64,000 nt of DNA from an uncultured bacterium (GCA_938004065.1 CALKWM010000017.1:15342-79341), one strand, 5' to 3'; positions 1-11,162 are shown, numbered from the stretch's first letter. Made by a program: numbers and translations. The notes: a model not told the origin generated them from the letters alone.

Positions 1-258
1 TAATTTAAAAGGATCATCCAGATTGAATTTTGGATTCAAAAAATCATCCGGATTAAGTTTTTCGCCAAATCTTTTTTTTAACAATCTTTCCACCAGATTT
101 CCTTCAAATTCCAACTCTGGCAATTTCCAACTATATTTTTGCATAAAAATCAAAATATTTTAATCCTACCTATATTTTACACTACTGTAAATTTTTATTA
201 AAAAACATATTTCCAATATCTTGGAAATATGATATAAAATGAATAATTTTGACAATAA

Positions 259-1059
259 TTATTTGTAATACACTTTTCCCGGTACCCTTAAATCAATATA
301 ATCATTAACAAAAATATCATTTTTCAAAAATATACTAAGTTTTTCAACCTGAGTTTGAGGATCACGTAAAGCATCAAAATAGACACTAAATCCATCTTTC
401 ATTTTTACATGTAACTCAAATGTCGTCTCCACCACCTCAAATGCTTCAACTTCCTTTTTTATGGATGTTTCAATATCAAATTTTACTGTCTCCAAAAACA
501 ACACGAAATCCCGACCAACTACTCTATCTCCATCTTCAAAAAATAAACCCGACAAATCATCAACCACCGGTAAATCTACATACTTTGACAAACGTTCATC
601 TTCTTCGATCCGACCCAAGATGATACCGGCCGAATTGACCAAAAACAATTTTTCTCCACTATGCCACACAATTTTTGCAACTTCCGGCACCAACACAATT
701 TCAATTTTGTTAGGCCATACTTTATTTACATTGACTTGGGCCAACTCATCCCATTTGTTTTCCAGACTGGAAGCAAAAGCTTTGCTATCAAACAAAACCA
801 TATAATCAGTTTCCCAGTTCAACATCTCATGAATTGAGCTTTTCATTTCCTCACTACCACCATCAATTTGTACTTCTCGCAATCGAAAATAATCAGAAAA
901 AAACAACATATACACCGATCCCCCCAATATTAATACAAAGACTATCAACAAAACCCACAAACGCCAGCCACCGGTTTGTTTTGGTGTAGCTACATGCAAA
1001 ACCGCGTTATAATTTCTCCGCTGTCTGACCTTAAAATTGTCTTCTTTTAATCCCATCAA
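259..1059 (-). CDS. ftsQ: Cell division protein FtsQ/DivIB-like (N-terminal TM plus POTRA-like region)
   Basis: 266 aa with a single N-terminal TM (WRLWVLLIVFVLILGGSVYMLFF) followed by an extracytoplasmic domain. Sits at the distal end of the mur/fts cluster directly after murB, the classical ftsQ position. Confidence 0.65.
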   Translation of the reverse strand: MMGLKEDNFKVRQRRNYNAVLHVATPKQTGGWRLWVLLIVFVLILGGSVYMLFFSDYFRLREVQIDGGSEEMKSSIHEMLNWETDYMVLFDSKAFASSLENKWDELAQVNVNKVWPNKIEIVLVPEVAKIVWHSGEKLFLVNSAGIILGRIEEDERLSKYVDLPVVDDLSGLFFEDGDRVVGRDFVLFLETVKFDIETSIKKEVEAFEVVETTFELHVKMKDGFSVYFDALRDPQTQVEKLSIFLKNDIFVNDYIDLRVPGKVYYK

Positions 1060-1069
1060 TATTGTTTAA

Positions 1070-2014
1070 CTAAAAATCTCCAACTAAAATAACTTCATTT
1101 TTCATTTCTATTCCGGTTAAATCCAATACTTTATCTTTTATAAGCAAATATAAATCATAAATATCTTGGCTTGTTGCTTTACCCGTATTGACTATAAAAT
1201 TTGCATGCACAGGACTAACCATCGCTCCACCCACCGTTAAACCCTTTAATCCAAGTTTATCAATAATCAACCCGGCTGAAAATTTATCACCAATCTTCCT
1301 TTCTTTTAAAATATCAGTTCCAAATTCTTTATTTATTTTCGTATAATTTTCCTCATCCAATTCGATATTTTTAAAAAAACATCCACACGACCATTCTTTC
1401 GGTTGCGATTCTAATCGTTTTTTTGTATCATCTTTGATTGTCTGTAACAGGATTTCCGGAAGATCTTCACTCAATTCAAATTCAGCACCAACTATCATCC
1501 CTTTTCCATCCAAATCGTTTTTAAAAATTGATTCCCTATAACCAAACTGACAACTATTTTTATCGATATTTTGACAAACACCGGAAAAATCACACCAATT
1601 CACAGTTATCAAATGGTCGGAAATTGATTGCCGATATGCCTCAGCATTCCCTCGTATCGCACCACCAACAGTCCCGGGAATATTGCCCAAATGTTCAAAT
1701 CCGGCTAATCCAATTTTAGAAATTTTTCTTGACACTACCGGCAACATCTCCCCCGCCCCAATTTTCACCCTTTTTCCTTTTATTTCCAATTCTTTGATTG
1801 CATTTTTTATCACCACCCCTGCAAATCCTTTGTCCGAAATTAAAATATTGGAACAAGCACCCAAAACCAACTTTGGTAATTCCGTATAATTATCAATCTC
1901 TTGTTTCAAATGACCGAAATCTTGTATTGATGTAACTTCCACGAAATAATCAACATTACCACCAACTTTAAAAAAAGTGTTCGCGGCCAAATTGTAATTT
2001 TGTTTAATATTCAT
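1070..2014 (-). CDS. murB: UDP-N-acetylenolpyruvoylglucosamine reductase MurB
   Basis: 314 aa with an FAD-binding PCMH-type N-terminus (FKVGGNVDYFVEV), a MurB C-terminal domain and conserved GG...R/S motifs. Sits in the mur cluster. Confidence 0.85.
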   Translation of the reverse strand: MNIKQNYNLAANTFFKVGGNVDYFVEVTSIQDFGHLKQEIDNYTELPKLVLGACSNILISDKGFAGVVIKNAIKELEIKGKRVKIGAGEMLPVVSRKISKIGLAGFEHLGNIPGTVGGAIRGNAEAYRQSISDHLITVNWCDFSGVCQNIDKNSCQFGYRESIFKNDLDGKGMIVGAEFELSEDLPEILLQTIKDDTKKRLESQPKEWSCGCFFKNIELDEENYTKINKEFGTDILKERKIGDKFSAGLIIDKLGLKGLTVGGAMVSPVHANFIVNTGKATSQDIYDLYLLIKDKVLDLTGIEMKNEVILVGDF

Positions 2015-2017
2015 TCA

Positions 2018-3409
2018 TCATTTTAAAAAATTTTTTGCAATATTATCGACCGGACCGGCACCTTGAGTCAGAAGTACACTATTTTTAGCAATGTTTTTCT
2101 TGATATACTTCAAAGCATCTTTTTCTTGTGCGATATAATTTACATCCACTCCCCGTTTTTCAATCAATTCAGATAAAACTTTCGAATTATATTTTGTTTT
2201 ATCGGTATCACACACTCTGGCCTCGTAAACATCTAAAATTATCAATTTATCCACCCTGTCAAAAGCTTTAACGAAACCATCAAAAAACTGTTCTGTTCGA
2301 TTATACTGATGCGGCCAAAACATTGCCCACAATTTCCGATTGGGATAATAATCTTTTACTGCCTTGATCGAGTTCACTATCTCGGTCGGATGATGACCGT
2401 AATCATCAATCACCAATACACCTTTTTTTTCTCCCAAAATATCAAATCTCCTTTTAGAACCCATGATTGTGGATAATTTTTCAGCACAACTTTCCAAATC
2501 CAATACCAAAAAATCAGCAACAATTAGAGCAGCGGTAGCATTTAATACATTGAATTCTCCCGGCAGTTTGAGAGTAAAATCAATATCAATTTTTTCTCCA
2601 TCAATTATCAATTTCCATTTACTGTAACCATCTTTTTTATGATAATCAACAATCTGCCAATACACTCCATCAAAACTTTCCGGTCTGTCATTGAAACCAT
2701 ACCCAATTTTAATCTTATCCAACCGTAAAAACAACTCACTAACATTTGCGTCATCCAAACATCCAACCAACAAACCCTTTTCCGGCACTTTTTTACCAAA
2801 CACTTCAAAACTATCCATTATATCCGACAAATCTTTGTACGTATCCAAGTGTTCCTCTTCGATATTCAATATCACCTCAATTGTCGGTTCAAAATCCAAA
2901 AACGACCGGTTAAACTCACAACTTTCCGCAACTACGATATCTCCCTTTCCATAACGTGAATTACTGTCAAACGATTTCACCACCGCTCCCACCATCACCG
3001 TTGGATCTTCTCCCATCAAATAAAACAATTCAGCTATAATCGTTGAAGTTGTTGATTTGCCATGCATCCCGGCAATACAAATTCCTATCTGATCACGCAT
3101 TAAGAAACCTATTAACTGTGATCGCCTCCATACCGGCAAACCCAGCTTTTTCGCTTTGATAACCTCCGGATTGTCATCTCCCACCGCTGCTGTTACCACC
3201 ACCAATTCCACATCATTATTTAAGCAGGTAGTATCATGACCAACAAAAATTTCTGCACCATTTTTTTTCAATTCATGTAAATCTTCCGAATCTTTGATGT
3301 CTGAGCCCGACACCCGAACATCCATTTTCATCAAAATTTTTGCCAAACCACTCATCGAAATTCCCCCAATGCCAACCATGTGCACTTTTTTGTAAGGAAA
3401 TTTCTTCAT
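2018..3409 (-). CDS. murC: UDP-N-acetylmuramate--L-alanine ligase MurC
   Basis: 463 aa with the Mur ligase N-terminal Rossmann motif HMVGIGGISMSGLA and a central ATP-binding GMHGKSTTSTI. Sits between murG and murB. Confidence 0.9.
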   Translation of the reverse strand: MKKFPYKKVHMVGIGGISMSGLAKILMKMDVRVSGSDIKDSEDLHELKKNGAEIFVGHDTTCLNNDVELVVVTAAVGDDNPEVIKAKKLGLPVWRRSQLIGFLMRDQIGICIAGMHGKSTTSTIIAELFYLMGEDPTVMVGAVVKSFDSNSRYGKGDIVVAESCEFNRSFLDFEPTIEVILNIEEEHLDTYKDLSDIMDSFEVFGKKVPEKGLLVGCLDDANVSELFLRLDKIKIGYGFNDRPESFDGVYWQIVDYHKKDGYSKWKLIIDGEKIDIDFTLKLPGEFNVLNATAALIVADFLVLDLESCAEKLSTIMGSKRRFDILGEKKGVLVIDDYGHHPTEIVNSIKAVKDYYPNRKLWAMFWPHQYNRTEQFFDGFVKAFDRVDKLIILDVYEARVCDTDKTKYNSKVLSELIEKRGVDVNYIAQEKDALKYIKKNIAKNSVLLTQGAGPVDNIAKNFLK

Positions 3410-4518
3410 CTTTTCTCCTCGATCATATTATTTATCAAATCAATAATAATTTGACTTACTCCCTCAGTCTGCATTGCCACCGATGCTGATGAACTCATCT
3501 CATGATATTTTTCCTCGTCCTCCAAAATCGATTGCAACAAAACTGCCAGATTGATCTGTTTAAACTCACGTTCTTCCACCATCACACTCGCTCCAATATC
3601 CTCATAACGTTTAGCGTTGAAATACTGATGATTTGAAGCCGAAATAGGCAATGGGATCAATATCGATGGTTTAGCCATACTGGAAATTTCTGCCAAAGTA
3701 GTCGCACTGGCCCGTGATACCACAATTTCCGAAATATACATCGCCTTATTAAAATTGTCAGTCAAAAAACTATACAATTTATAAACACCGGTTCCAATGA
3801 TATCTTTCGTCTTCTCCCGCACTCTGACAAAATCCGTCTCACCTGAAACATGTATCACATTTGCATAATCCAAAATTTTATCCAAATGATCCAATATATA
3901 CGAATTTACTGCCATTGCTCCCTGACTTCCACCGGTAACAAAAACTGTTGGTAAATCTTTATTTAAACCAAATGATTTAACTATTTCATCCTCGTTACCA
4001 CTTTTTTTCGTCCACACCCTTACCGGCAAACCGGTATAAATCATTTTTTCCGAATATCTGCTTCCATATGCTCCGACCGGAAAACTAACCGCAATCTTAT
4101 CCGCGATAGAAGCGGTCATCCGATTGGCCAGACCCATCACCAAATCCGATTCATGAGTCAATACCGGTATTTTTAACCACCACGCCGCGATTACTACCGG
4201 AAAAGAAACATTTCCCCCTTTGGCAAAAACCAAATCCGGTTTAAAATCTCTTAAAATTTGCCAAGACTGATAAATCCCCACCGGTACTTTAAAAATATCG
4301 ATAAAGTTTTGTATTGAAAAATACCGTCGCAATTTACCCGCACTTATACCTTGATAATTAATTCCCCTCTCCTCCACCCAAACTTGCTCTTTACCATTTT
4401 TCTCACCCACATATTGCACCTCAAAATCATTTTTCATATACTCCCACACATTCAATAATGGAAACACATGTCCACCACTTCCTCCACCGGCCAGCAAAAC
4501 TTTTTTCTTCTTTTTCAT
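3406..4518 (-). CDS. murG: UDP-GlcNAc:lipid I N-acetylglucosaminyltransferase MurG. The ORF track extends to 4566, but the likely start is the internal Met at about 4518.
   Basis: Has the glycine-rich loop LLAGGGSGGHVFP typical of MurG N-termini, and a GT28 C-terminal domain. The extended ORF overlaps the ftsW stop by 44 nt, so an internal start is more plausible. Confidence 0.9.
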   Translation of the reverse strand: MKKKKKVLLAGGGSGGHVFPLLNVWEYMKNDFEVQYVGEKNGKEQVWVEERGINYQGISAGKLRRYFSIQNFIDIFKVPVGIYQSWQILRDFKPDLVFAKGGNVSFPVVIAAWWLKIPVLTHESDLVMGLANRMTASIADKIAVSFPVGAYGSRYSEKMIYTGLPVRVWTKKSGNEDEIVKSFGLNKDLPTVFVTGGSQGAMAVNSYILDHLDKILDYANVIHVSGETDFVRVREKTKDIIGTGVYKLYSFLTDNFNKAMYISEIVVSRASATTLAEISSMAKPSILIPLPISASNHQYFNAKRYEDIGASVMVEEREFKQINLAVLLQSILEDEEKYHEMSSSASVAMQTEGVSQIIIDLINNMIEEKR

Positions 4519-4522
4519 ATTT

Positions 4523-5662
4523 TTACTTATCGATAGTTGCATATTTGGAAATATTGTACAAAACACCCATAGCTACCATTGAAATTATCAATGACGATCC
4601 ACCATAACTGACAAAAGGCAACGGTAGACCGGTCAACGGAACCAATGCCAGCATTGCAGCCATATTTACAAACGCCTGAAATCCCAACCAACCCACAATC
4701 CCAACCGCTAGCAACTTGGAAAACATATCCGGCGCATTATTGGCAATTTTAAATCCACGCAATAACAACAAAACATACAATAGAAAAAATAATACTATTC
4801 TGATAAATCCCAGCTCTTCCGACATTACGGCAAATATGGAATCACCAACCACTTCCGGTAAATAGCTGAATTTCTGCAAAGAACGACCAAAACCCCTACC
4901 AATCCAACCACCGGAACCAATAGCAACAAGCGCTTGTTGCACATGATAACCGATTCCCAACATGTTTTCTTCCGGATTTAAAAATGCTGTCAACCTTGCT
5001 TTTCGATAAGGCGAAGAAACTATCAATAAAATAATTGCTCCCACCGCTCCCACCAATGTCAATAAAATATGTTTAATATTGGCACCCGAGACAAAAAACA
5101 ACACACTTGAACTAAAGGCAATAACCAACATCGTTCCCAAATCTGGCTGCATCATAATCAATCCGACAATCAAAACCATCAAAGCAATAAATGGCAAGTA
5201 ACCGGTTGAAAAATCTTTTATCTTCTGCCCTTTTTTTGTTAACCATGCTGCCAAATAAAACAAAAAAGTAATTTTCACCACTTCTGATGGCTGAAAGAAT
5301 ATAGGAAACGCAATCCACCGACGAGCCCCTCCATGTTCAAATCCGATTCCCGGCACAAACACCAAAATCAATAACACCAAAGTTACAAGCAACATCAACA
5401 GAGCATGCTTTTGCCAAAATTTATAATGAATCTTTGATACGATAAAAAACGCCACCATGCCTATCACTACCGATATCAATTGATCAGTAAAAAATTGATG
5501 ACTATCTCCATAAGTATCATAACTAACCACTACCGAAGCTGAAGAAACAACAATCAAACCAAAAACCACCAACGCAAACAACAAAAGTCCTAACATATAG
5601 TCCGGCTTGCGGCGCTGGTCACCTGTCAACCATTCCCATTTATTGATGGTCTTTTTACGCAT
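4523..5662 (-). CDS. ftsW: SEDS-family peptidoglycan glycosyltransferase FtsW
   Basis: 379 aa polytopic membrane protein of the FtsW/RodA/SpoVE family, with conserved segments such as PSEVVK and GGSS. Sits between mraY and murG. Confidence 0.8.
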   Translation of the reverse strand: MRKKTINKWEWLTGDQRRKPDYMLGLLLFALVVFGLIVVSSASVVVSYDTYGDSHQFFTDQLISVVIGMVAFFIVSKIHYKFWQKHALLMLLVTLVLLILVFVPGIGFEHGGARRWIAFPIFFQPSEVVKITFLFYLAAWLTKKGQKIKDFSTGYLPFIALMVLIVGLIMMQPDLGTMLVIAFSSSVLFFVSGANIKHILLTLVGAVGAIILLIVSSPYRKARLTAFLNPEENMLGIGYHVQQALVAIGSGGWIGRGFGRSLQKFSYLPEVVGDSIFAVMSEELGFIRIVLFFLLYVLLLLRGFKIANNAPDMFSKLLAVGIVGWLGFQAFVNMAAMLALVPLTGLPLPFVSYGGSSLIISMVAMGVLYNISKYATIDK

Positions 5663-5674
5663 TATAAATATATC

Positions 5675-6715
5675 TTAAAAACCAAATATTATATCAAAAT
5701 TACCACCCAATAAACCTAGCGCCACTCCCAATACGGCCATTACCGCCCCTATAACCCAAAATCTCATAACCACCTTATATTCCGGCCATCCAATATACTG
5801 AAATGTAATATGAATAGGCGTTGAAGGAAATAATTTCTTGCCATTTCTAAATCGTTTGGAAATTTGTTGCAATATCACTGACAAAGTCTCAACCACAAAA
5901 ACCAAACCGATTATCGGCAACAACAAAGCACTATTTGTAAGCATTGCGATCACACCCAATGTTGCTCCGAAAGCCAATGAACCGGTATCTCCCATCATAA
6001 ATCGAGCCGGGTTGATATTGAACCATAAAAAAGCCAACAAAGCCCCAAGCATTGTCGCACAAAATATGGCAATTCCTGTGTTTCCTTGAAAAAAAGCTAT
6101 ACCGGCAAAAGAACCAAAAGCCAAAGCTAGCAACCCGGCAGCCAATCCATCCAATCCATCAGTTATATTCACTGAGTTGGCACTGGAAATCATTACCATT
6201 ATAAAAAAAGGAATATACCACCAACCGATATCATAATCACCAACACCGGGAACATGTAAATCACTCCATCCCAATTTATAATAAAACCACCAGGCACCAA
6301 CCAAACTGATTAATACAATCCAAACCATCTTCATCTTGGCACTCAAACCCTTGGTATTTCCAATCCCTTTCCAATCCAGAAAATCATCTACCAAACCAAC
6401 CAATCCCATCATTACCATGACAAACAAAGGCAAATACGTCTGCTCTCGACTCAAATTAAACATTACCGTCATAATCAACACCACGACCCATACCAGTATT
6501 CCAGCCATAAATGGTATATTGCGTTTATGTTTTCCCGCATGAAGTTTTGTATACACAGGCGTTTTTTTCTTGTCTAGAGAACTTACCTGTTGTGGTTTTT
6601 TCCAGATCTTATATTTATACAATAAATATGTCATCACCGGTGTCAAACCCATCGCTAGTACAAACGACAACACTGCCATCACAAACATTCGTACCAATTC
6701 AATTTTGTAATCCAT
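5675..6715 (-). CDS. mraY: Phospho-N-acetylmuramoyl-pentapeptide transferase MraY
   Basis: 346 aa polytopic membrane protein with MraY/WecA family motifs (NxxNxxDGxDGL-like: NITDGLDGLAAG). Sits in the classical position. Confidence 0.9.
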   Translation of the reverse strand: MDYKIELVRMFVMAVLSFVLAMGLTPVMTYLLYKYKIWKKPQQVSSLDKKKTPVYTKLHAGKHKRNIPFMAGILVWVVVLIMTVMFNLSREQTYLPLFVMVMMGLVGLVDDFLDWKGIGNTKGLSAKMKMVWIVLISLVGAWWFYYKLGWSDLHVPGVGDYDIGWWYIPFFIMVMISSANSVNITDGLDGLAAGLLALAFGSFAGIAFFQGNTGIAIFCATMLGALLAFLWFNINPARFMMGDTGSLAFGATLGVIAMLTNSALLLPIIGLVFVVETLSVILQQISKRFRNGKKLFPSTPIHITFQYIGWPEYKVVMRFWVIGAVMAVLGVALGLLGGNFDIIFGF

Positions 6716-6736
6716 AATAAATAAATCAAAATAAAA

Positions 6737-8011
6737 TTATTTTTTTAACCACTCATCCGACTGCCTTACCAATATTTCTTTTGCCATTTTCGGATATTTC
6801 ATGATCTTTTTTACTACTTTTTCCAATCTGTTTTTACCTTGCGAACCTTTTACCAATACTACATCACCAGTTTTTAACAATCCATCAAGTTTCCCCAATA
6901 ATTCCGATGTATCTTTAAAAACAATTATCTTATCCGAATCAAATCCGGATTGCATCGCTCCCTCTTTTATTATATCGCCAAATTCTTCAACACATAACAA
7001 CAAATCGAAATATCTCCCGGCTCTTTTTCCAATCTCCAAATGTCCTTTCCTGGTTGCCTTACCCAATTCCCACATACTCCCCAATATCGCCACTTTCCTC
7101 TCTTTCAATGGAATTAACTTCAATGACTCGATCGCATTGATCACCGAATCTGGACTTGCATTATAAGAATCATCAAAAATAATCATCTGATTTTTCCCTT
7201 CAACAATCCTCATTCGTCCCGGCAGAGGTTCCCATTTTTGCAAACCACTAACAATATCCATTACATCCATACCTATCGTAAGCCCTACCGCTACCGCGGC
7301 CAAAGCTGACCTCACATATGAACATCCGACCATTTGCAAATTTACTGGCACAATACTACCATTATAAACCAATTTAAATGAGGTTCCCTTTAAATTTATT
7401 GCAACATTGGTAGCTACAATATCCGCCCCTTTCTTTAATCCATAACTAATAACCTTTGCTTTGGTATATTTTTTCATCGACAATACATTCTCATCATCAT
7501 AATTCAATACTGCCCGGCCTTCCTTGGGCAAAGACTCAATCAAAGACCTTTTCTCTATGACAGTTTTTTTAACATTGCCAAAAAATTCCATATGCGATTC
7601 ACCCACATTTGTTACCACTCCAATCGTCGGCTGGACCATATCACACAAATACTTGATATCTCCCTTTTTATCTGTTGCCAATTCCAACACCAAATATGCC
7701 GGATATTCTTTAATTCCGGCCACATACGCCCCGGAATTAAATACAAATTTTATCCAATTAATCACTCCTTGGGGCTTTTTCTTTCTAATGATTGATAATG
7801 GTACTCCCAATTCATTATTTAAATTTCCCTGATTTCTCATTACCGGATATTTTTCTGCTATAACAGCATAAATTGCTTCTTTCGTACTTGATTTACCAAC
7901 ACTACCCGTAACAGCTACCACCAATGGTCGAAATTTATGCAATACATAACAAGCTCGTTTTTTCAAAATCCAAGCTAAAAATTCAATCCACTTTTTTCTT
8001 ATTAAACTCAT
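6737..8011 (-). CDS. murF: Mur ligase family protein, most likely UDP-MurNAc-tripeptide--D-Ala-D-Ala ligase MurF. MurE cannot be excluded.
   Basis: 424 aa with the ATP-binding P-loop VTGSVGKSSTKEAI and Mur ligase middle and C-terminal domains. It is the only Mur ligase between ftsI and mraY. Confidence 0.6.
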   Translation of the reverse strand: MSLIRKKWIEFLAWILKKRACYVLHKFRPLVVAVTGSVGKSSTKEAIYAVIAEKYPVMRNQGNLNNELGVPLSIIRKKKPQGVINWIKFVFNSGAYVAGIKEYPAYLVLELATDKKGDIKYLCDMVQPTIGVVTNVGESHMEFFGNVKKTVIEKRSLIESLPKEGRAVLNYDDENVLSMKKYTKAKVISYGLKKGADIVATNVAINLKGTSFKLVYNGSIVPVNLQMVGCSYVRSALAAVAVGLTIGMDVMDIVSGLQKWEPLPGRMRIVEGKNQMIIFDDSYNASPDSVINAIESLKLIPLKERKVAILGSMWELGKATRKGHLEIGKRAGRYFDLLLCVEEFGDIIKEGAMQSGFDSDKIIVFKDTSELLGKLDGLLKTGDVVLVKGSQGKNRLEKVVKKIMKYPKMAKEILVRQSDEWLKK

Positions 8012-8019
8012 CTTTACTC

Positions 8020-9729
8020 CTAAACACGATCTGGTGGAACCAGATAGTAATTCAATAAAAATTGTGCAATCTCACCAAACAAAGGCGCTGCACTACTTTC
8101 CGCCCATTCGGTTGTTTTCGGTATATCAATCTTTACCAACATCACAAACTTCGGATCAAATGCTGGTGCAAAACCGATAAAACCACCGATAGTTTTATTT
8201 GGGTCATAAACACCATTGACCGGTACCTGTGCCGTACCAGTTTTCCCAGCTACATAATATCCTTGCACACCCGCCTGCTTACCATGACCATTCTCCACTA
8301 CACTCACCATCATCGCTGCCACTGAATTGGCAGCCGTTGGGCTCAAAACACTCCTGACAACCTCAGGACTTACTTTTACCTCCTTACCATCTACGGTAGT
8401 AATCTTGTCCACCACATATGGCTTCATAAGATAACCACCATTAGCAATAGCGCCAACTGCAGAAACCATTTGAATCGGTGTAACAGCGATACCCTGCCCA
8501 AAAGTCATAGTTGCCAAATCAACTTCCGAAACCAAACTCTTATCCACTACCAGACCGGGTGACTCTCCACTTAGATCAATTCCCGTTTCATCACCAAAAC
8601 CATACTTATATAGATATTTATAAAAATCATCCAATCCAACTTTCTCCCCCACCCATACCATTCCAACGTTATCGGAATTTTCCAAAACTTGAGTCATAGT
8701 CTCACGACCATATGGTTTTCTTTCCGAATTAAATATCTCTCGATCCATCACTTTAATACTCGCCCCAAAAATTTCTGCGGTATCCGGAGTCACCAAACCC
8801 ATATCAATCGCCATCGACATTACCAATGGTTTAAAAATTGAGCCCGGCTCCCAAAAATGCGCTACAGCTGGATTGTTGAAATCTTCATAGTCCTCAACTT
8901 TGAAATATTCATTGGGATTGTAAGTTGGATAATTAGCCATGGCAATCACCTGACCGGTTTTTGGATCCATCACAATGACCGATCCTCCTTCTGCTTGGAA
9001 TCTCTCCACCGCATTTTTTAATTTCTCTTCAACAAAATACTGTACTGTTCGATCAATAGTTAGATTCAAATTTACCCCTTGTTGCACCTGACTTAAAACT
9101 TGTTCACTGTCAACCAGATCTCGACCGGTCAAATCATGATATGTTTGCACAAATCCCGAACTCCCCATCAACTCAGCATTAAAATACCCTTCTATCCCAT
9201 ACTGTCCAACACCTTCGGTATCTAAATAACCCAGTATCTGTGAAGCTACCTCATTTTCCGGATAATACCGCCAATCTTCAGGTATCAATAATACACCCTC
9301 AAGATCCAACTCCCTTACTTCTGTCACCTCTTCATCAGACAATTTATGTTTCAAAGGAGGCATATACAAAGCATTAGAACGCAAACCTTCTTTTAATTCC
9401 AATTCTTCTTCGCGACTTAAATGCAACACCACCGCCATTTTCCGAGCCACATAATCAGAATCTGTAACTTGATTGGGGATAATCTCCAGCGCCGGCAATG
9501 ATAAATTAATCGCCATCGGATAACCATTTACATCATAAACCTGTCCTCGCCGCGCTTTATTTTCTTTTTGCCATAACTGTTGATTGTTAGCCAAAGACAA
9601 ATAATAATCATGTTGCGTAATCTGTTTTGAATAGAGTTTAAACACCAAAGCCACAAATAGACCAACCACAAAAAACATTACCACGGTAATGCGAAAACTC
9701 TGATCGATATTTTTAGTATTATTATTCAA
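8020..9729 (-). CDS. ftsI: Class B penicillin-binding protein (FtsI/PBP2 transpeptidase)
   Basis: 569 aa with an N-terminal TM, a dimerisation domain, and transpeptidase motifs SxxK (GSIFKP), SxN (ENSDNVG) and KTGT (AGKTGTA). Confidence 0.85.
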   Translation of the reverse strand: MNNNTKNIDQSFRITVVMFFVVGLFVALVFKLYSKQITQHDYYLSLANNQQLWQKENKARRGQVYDVNGYPMAINLSLPALEIIPNQVTDSDYVARKMAVVLHLSREEELELKEGLRSNALYMPPLKHKLSDEEVTEVRELDLEGVLLIPEDWRYYPENEVASQILGYLDTEGVGQYGIEGYFNAELMGSSGFVQTYHDLTGRDLVDSEQVLSQVQQGVNLNLTIDRTVQYFVEEKLKNAVERFQAEGGSVIVMDPKTGQVIAMANYPTYNPNEYFKVEDYEDFNNPAVAHFWEPGSIFKPLVMSMAIDMGLVTPDTAEIFGASIKVMDREIFNSERKPYGRETMTQVLENSDNVGMVWVGEKVGLDDFYKYLYKYGFGDETGIDLSGESPGLVVDKSLVSEVDLATMTFGQGIAVTPIQMVSAVGAIANGGYLMKPYVVDKITTVDGKEVKVSPEVVRSVLSPTAANSVAAMMVSVVENGHGKQAGVQGYYVAGKTGTAQVPVNGVYDPNKTIGGFIGFAPAFDPKFVMLVKIDIPKTTEWAESSAAPLFGEIAQFLLNYYLVPPDRV

Positions 9730-9844
9730 AATAAAAAAAGAAATTCAAATACTTTTTCTCTCGAAAAAAATGCATATTACATTTTTTCATAAAAAATAAA
9801 GTCTTCAATTTCTATTTTAACTTTTTTTAACTCAGATTGAAAAA

Positions 9845-10180
9845 CTATTTTTGCACCGCCAGATATTTTACACTGCTAACCGACTCCATCTCCATATTTT
9901 GTACCTTTCCTTTAATTTCACTCAACGCCTTTAAACGAGCAGCTTCTACTTGAAATTTTTCGTTTTCCTGCAATATTTCCAATTGATCATTTTTCAACTG
10001 AGCGATTTTATAACCTTGGGTAGTCATCTGGTTATTTTGCAACAAATACATCAAACTAAATAATGCCAATAAAACAATTGTTACAAACTGCAAAGACACC
10101 GGACCAAGAGCAAATCTATTGGCAGTTTGATTTCTTTTCATTCCACTATGCATTTCTTCTATTCTGACGTTTTGTATCAT
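9845..10180 (-). CDS. ftsL: FtsL/DivIC-like cell division protein (single TM plus coiled coil)
   Basis: 111 aa with one TM (VTIVLLALFSLMYLL) followed by a heptad-rich segment. Sits between rsmH and ftsI, as ftsL does in dcw clusters. Confidence 0.5.
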   Translation of the reverse strand: MIQNVRIEEMHSGMKRNQTANRFALGPVSLQFVTIVLLALFSLMYLLQNNQMTTQGYKIAQLKNDQLEILQENEKFQVEAARLKALSEIKGKVQNMEMESVSSVKYLAVQK

Positions 10181-10205
10181 TTTTTTTCACTCCTAAAATT
10201 AAATC

Positions 10206-11162
10206 TCAGTTTTTTGAAACCACGCGCATTTTCGCACTGTGACTTCGAATATTATTTACTAATTCCTTTTTTCCGGGCGTAATTGGTCTTTTTGTTATCA
10301 CCTTCAATATCTGTCTATGACCACAACGACATTGCGGAAATTCTTTCGGACAAATACAACATCTAGCCATATCCCTGAAAAAAGATTTCACAATCCTATC
10401 TTCCCCGGAATGAAAACTGATAACTGCCAACTTTCCACCTTTATTCAATCTCTCAACCGCCACTCGCAGAACTTTTTTTAACTCATTGTATTCATCATTA
10501 ACCTCTATTCTGAGAGCTTGCCACACTCTTCCTAAAATATTCCTTTTTTTCTCCCTAAAACTTGAAAAACCTTCTACCAGATTTTTCAAATCTGACACAT
10601 ATATAAAGCTTTTTGCCCTCCTAAAGCTAGCAACCTTTTTAGCCAATGTCCTCGCCCTGGATATATCCCCAAAATCCTTAAAAATATTCTCCAAATCTTC
10701 TTGTGGATAACTATTTAGCACCTCTGCAGCCGATTTTTCCCCCGCTCCCATCCGCATATCCAGTTTTGATTCACTCAAATAAGAAAACCCACGATTATTA
10801 TCATCAATCTGCCAAGAAGATACTCCCAAATCCAGTAAAATTGCATCAAACATACTATATCCGTAATCATCCGCAATCTCACCTAACTTACTAAATCGCT
10901 CACAAACCACATCCACATTCTCGTAATCAACAAATTTCTTTTTTACTTTTTCCACCATCCCGCTATCACGATCAATTGCCAACAATCTACCTGTCTTGCC
11001 TATCTTGTTTAGAATCATTTCACTATGACCACCCGCACCCACCGTTAAATCAGCCACAACATCCCCAACCGATAAACTCAAATTAGCGATTACTTCTTCC
11101 GGTAACACCGGCACATGCAATTTATCAGATTCATTTATGAGTGTTTTTACCATCACAACCAA
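10206..11162 (-). CDS. rsmH: 16S rRNA (cytosine1402-N4)-methyltransferase RsmH/MraW
   Basis: 318 aa with the SAM-binding DLTVGAGGHS and the conserved LLDLGVSSWQ(ID) motif of the MraW family. Sits immediately downstream of mraZ. Confidence 0.9.
   Translation of the reverse strand: MVVMVKTLINESDKLHVPVLPEEVIANLSLSVGDVVADLTVGAGGHSEMILNKIGKTGRLLAIDRDSGMVEKVKKKFVDYENVDVVCERFSKLGEIADDYGYSMFDAILLDLGVSSWQIDDNNRGFSYLSESKLDMRMGAGEKSAAEVLNSYPQEDLENIFKDFGDISRARTLAKKVASFRRAKSFIYVSDLKNLVEGFSSFREKKRNILGRVWQALRIEVNDEYNELKKVLRVAVERLNKGGKLAVISFHSGEDRIVKSFFRDMARCCICPKEFPQCRCGHRQILKVITKRPITPGKKELVNNIRSHSAKMRVVSKN

Noticed and set aside
1-258. A possible gene fragment at the 5' window edge (a 35-codon minus-strand ORF at 37-144; TAA at 1-3 could end a plus-strand gene)
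   Set aside because: It is too short and truncated by the window edge to support any call.
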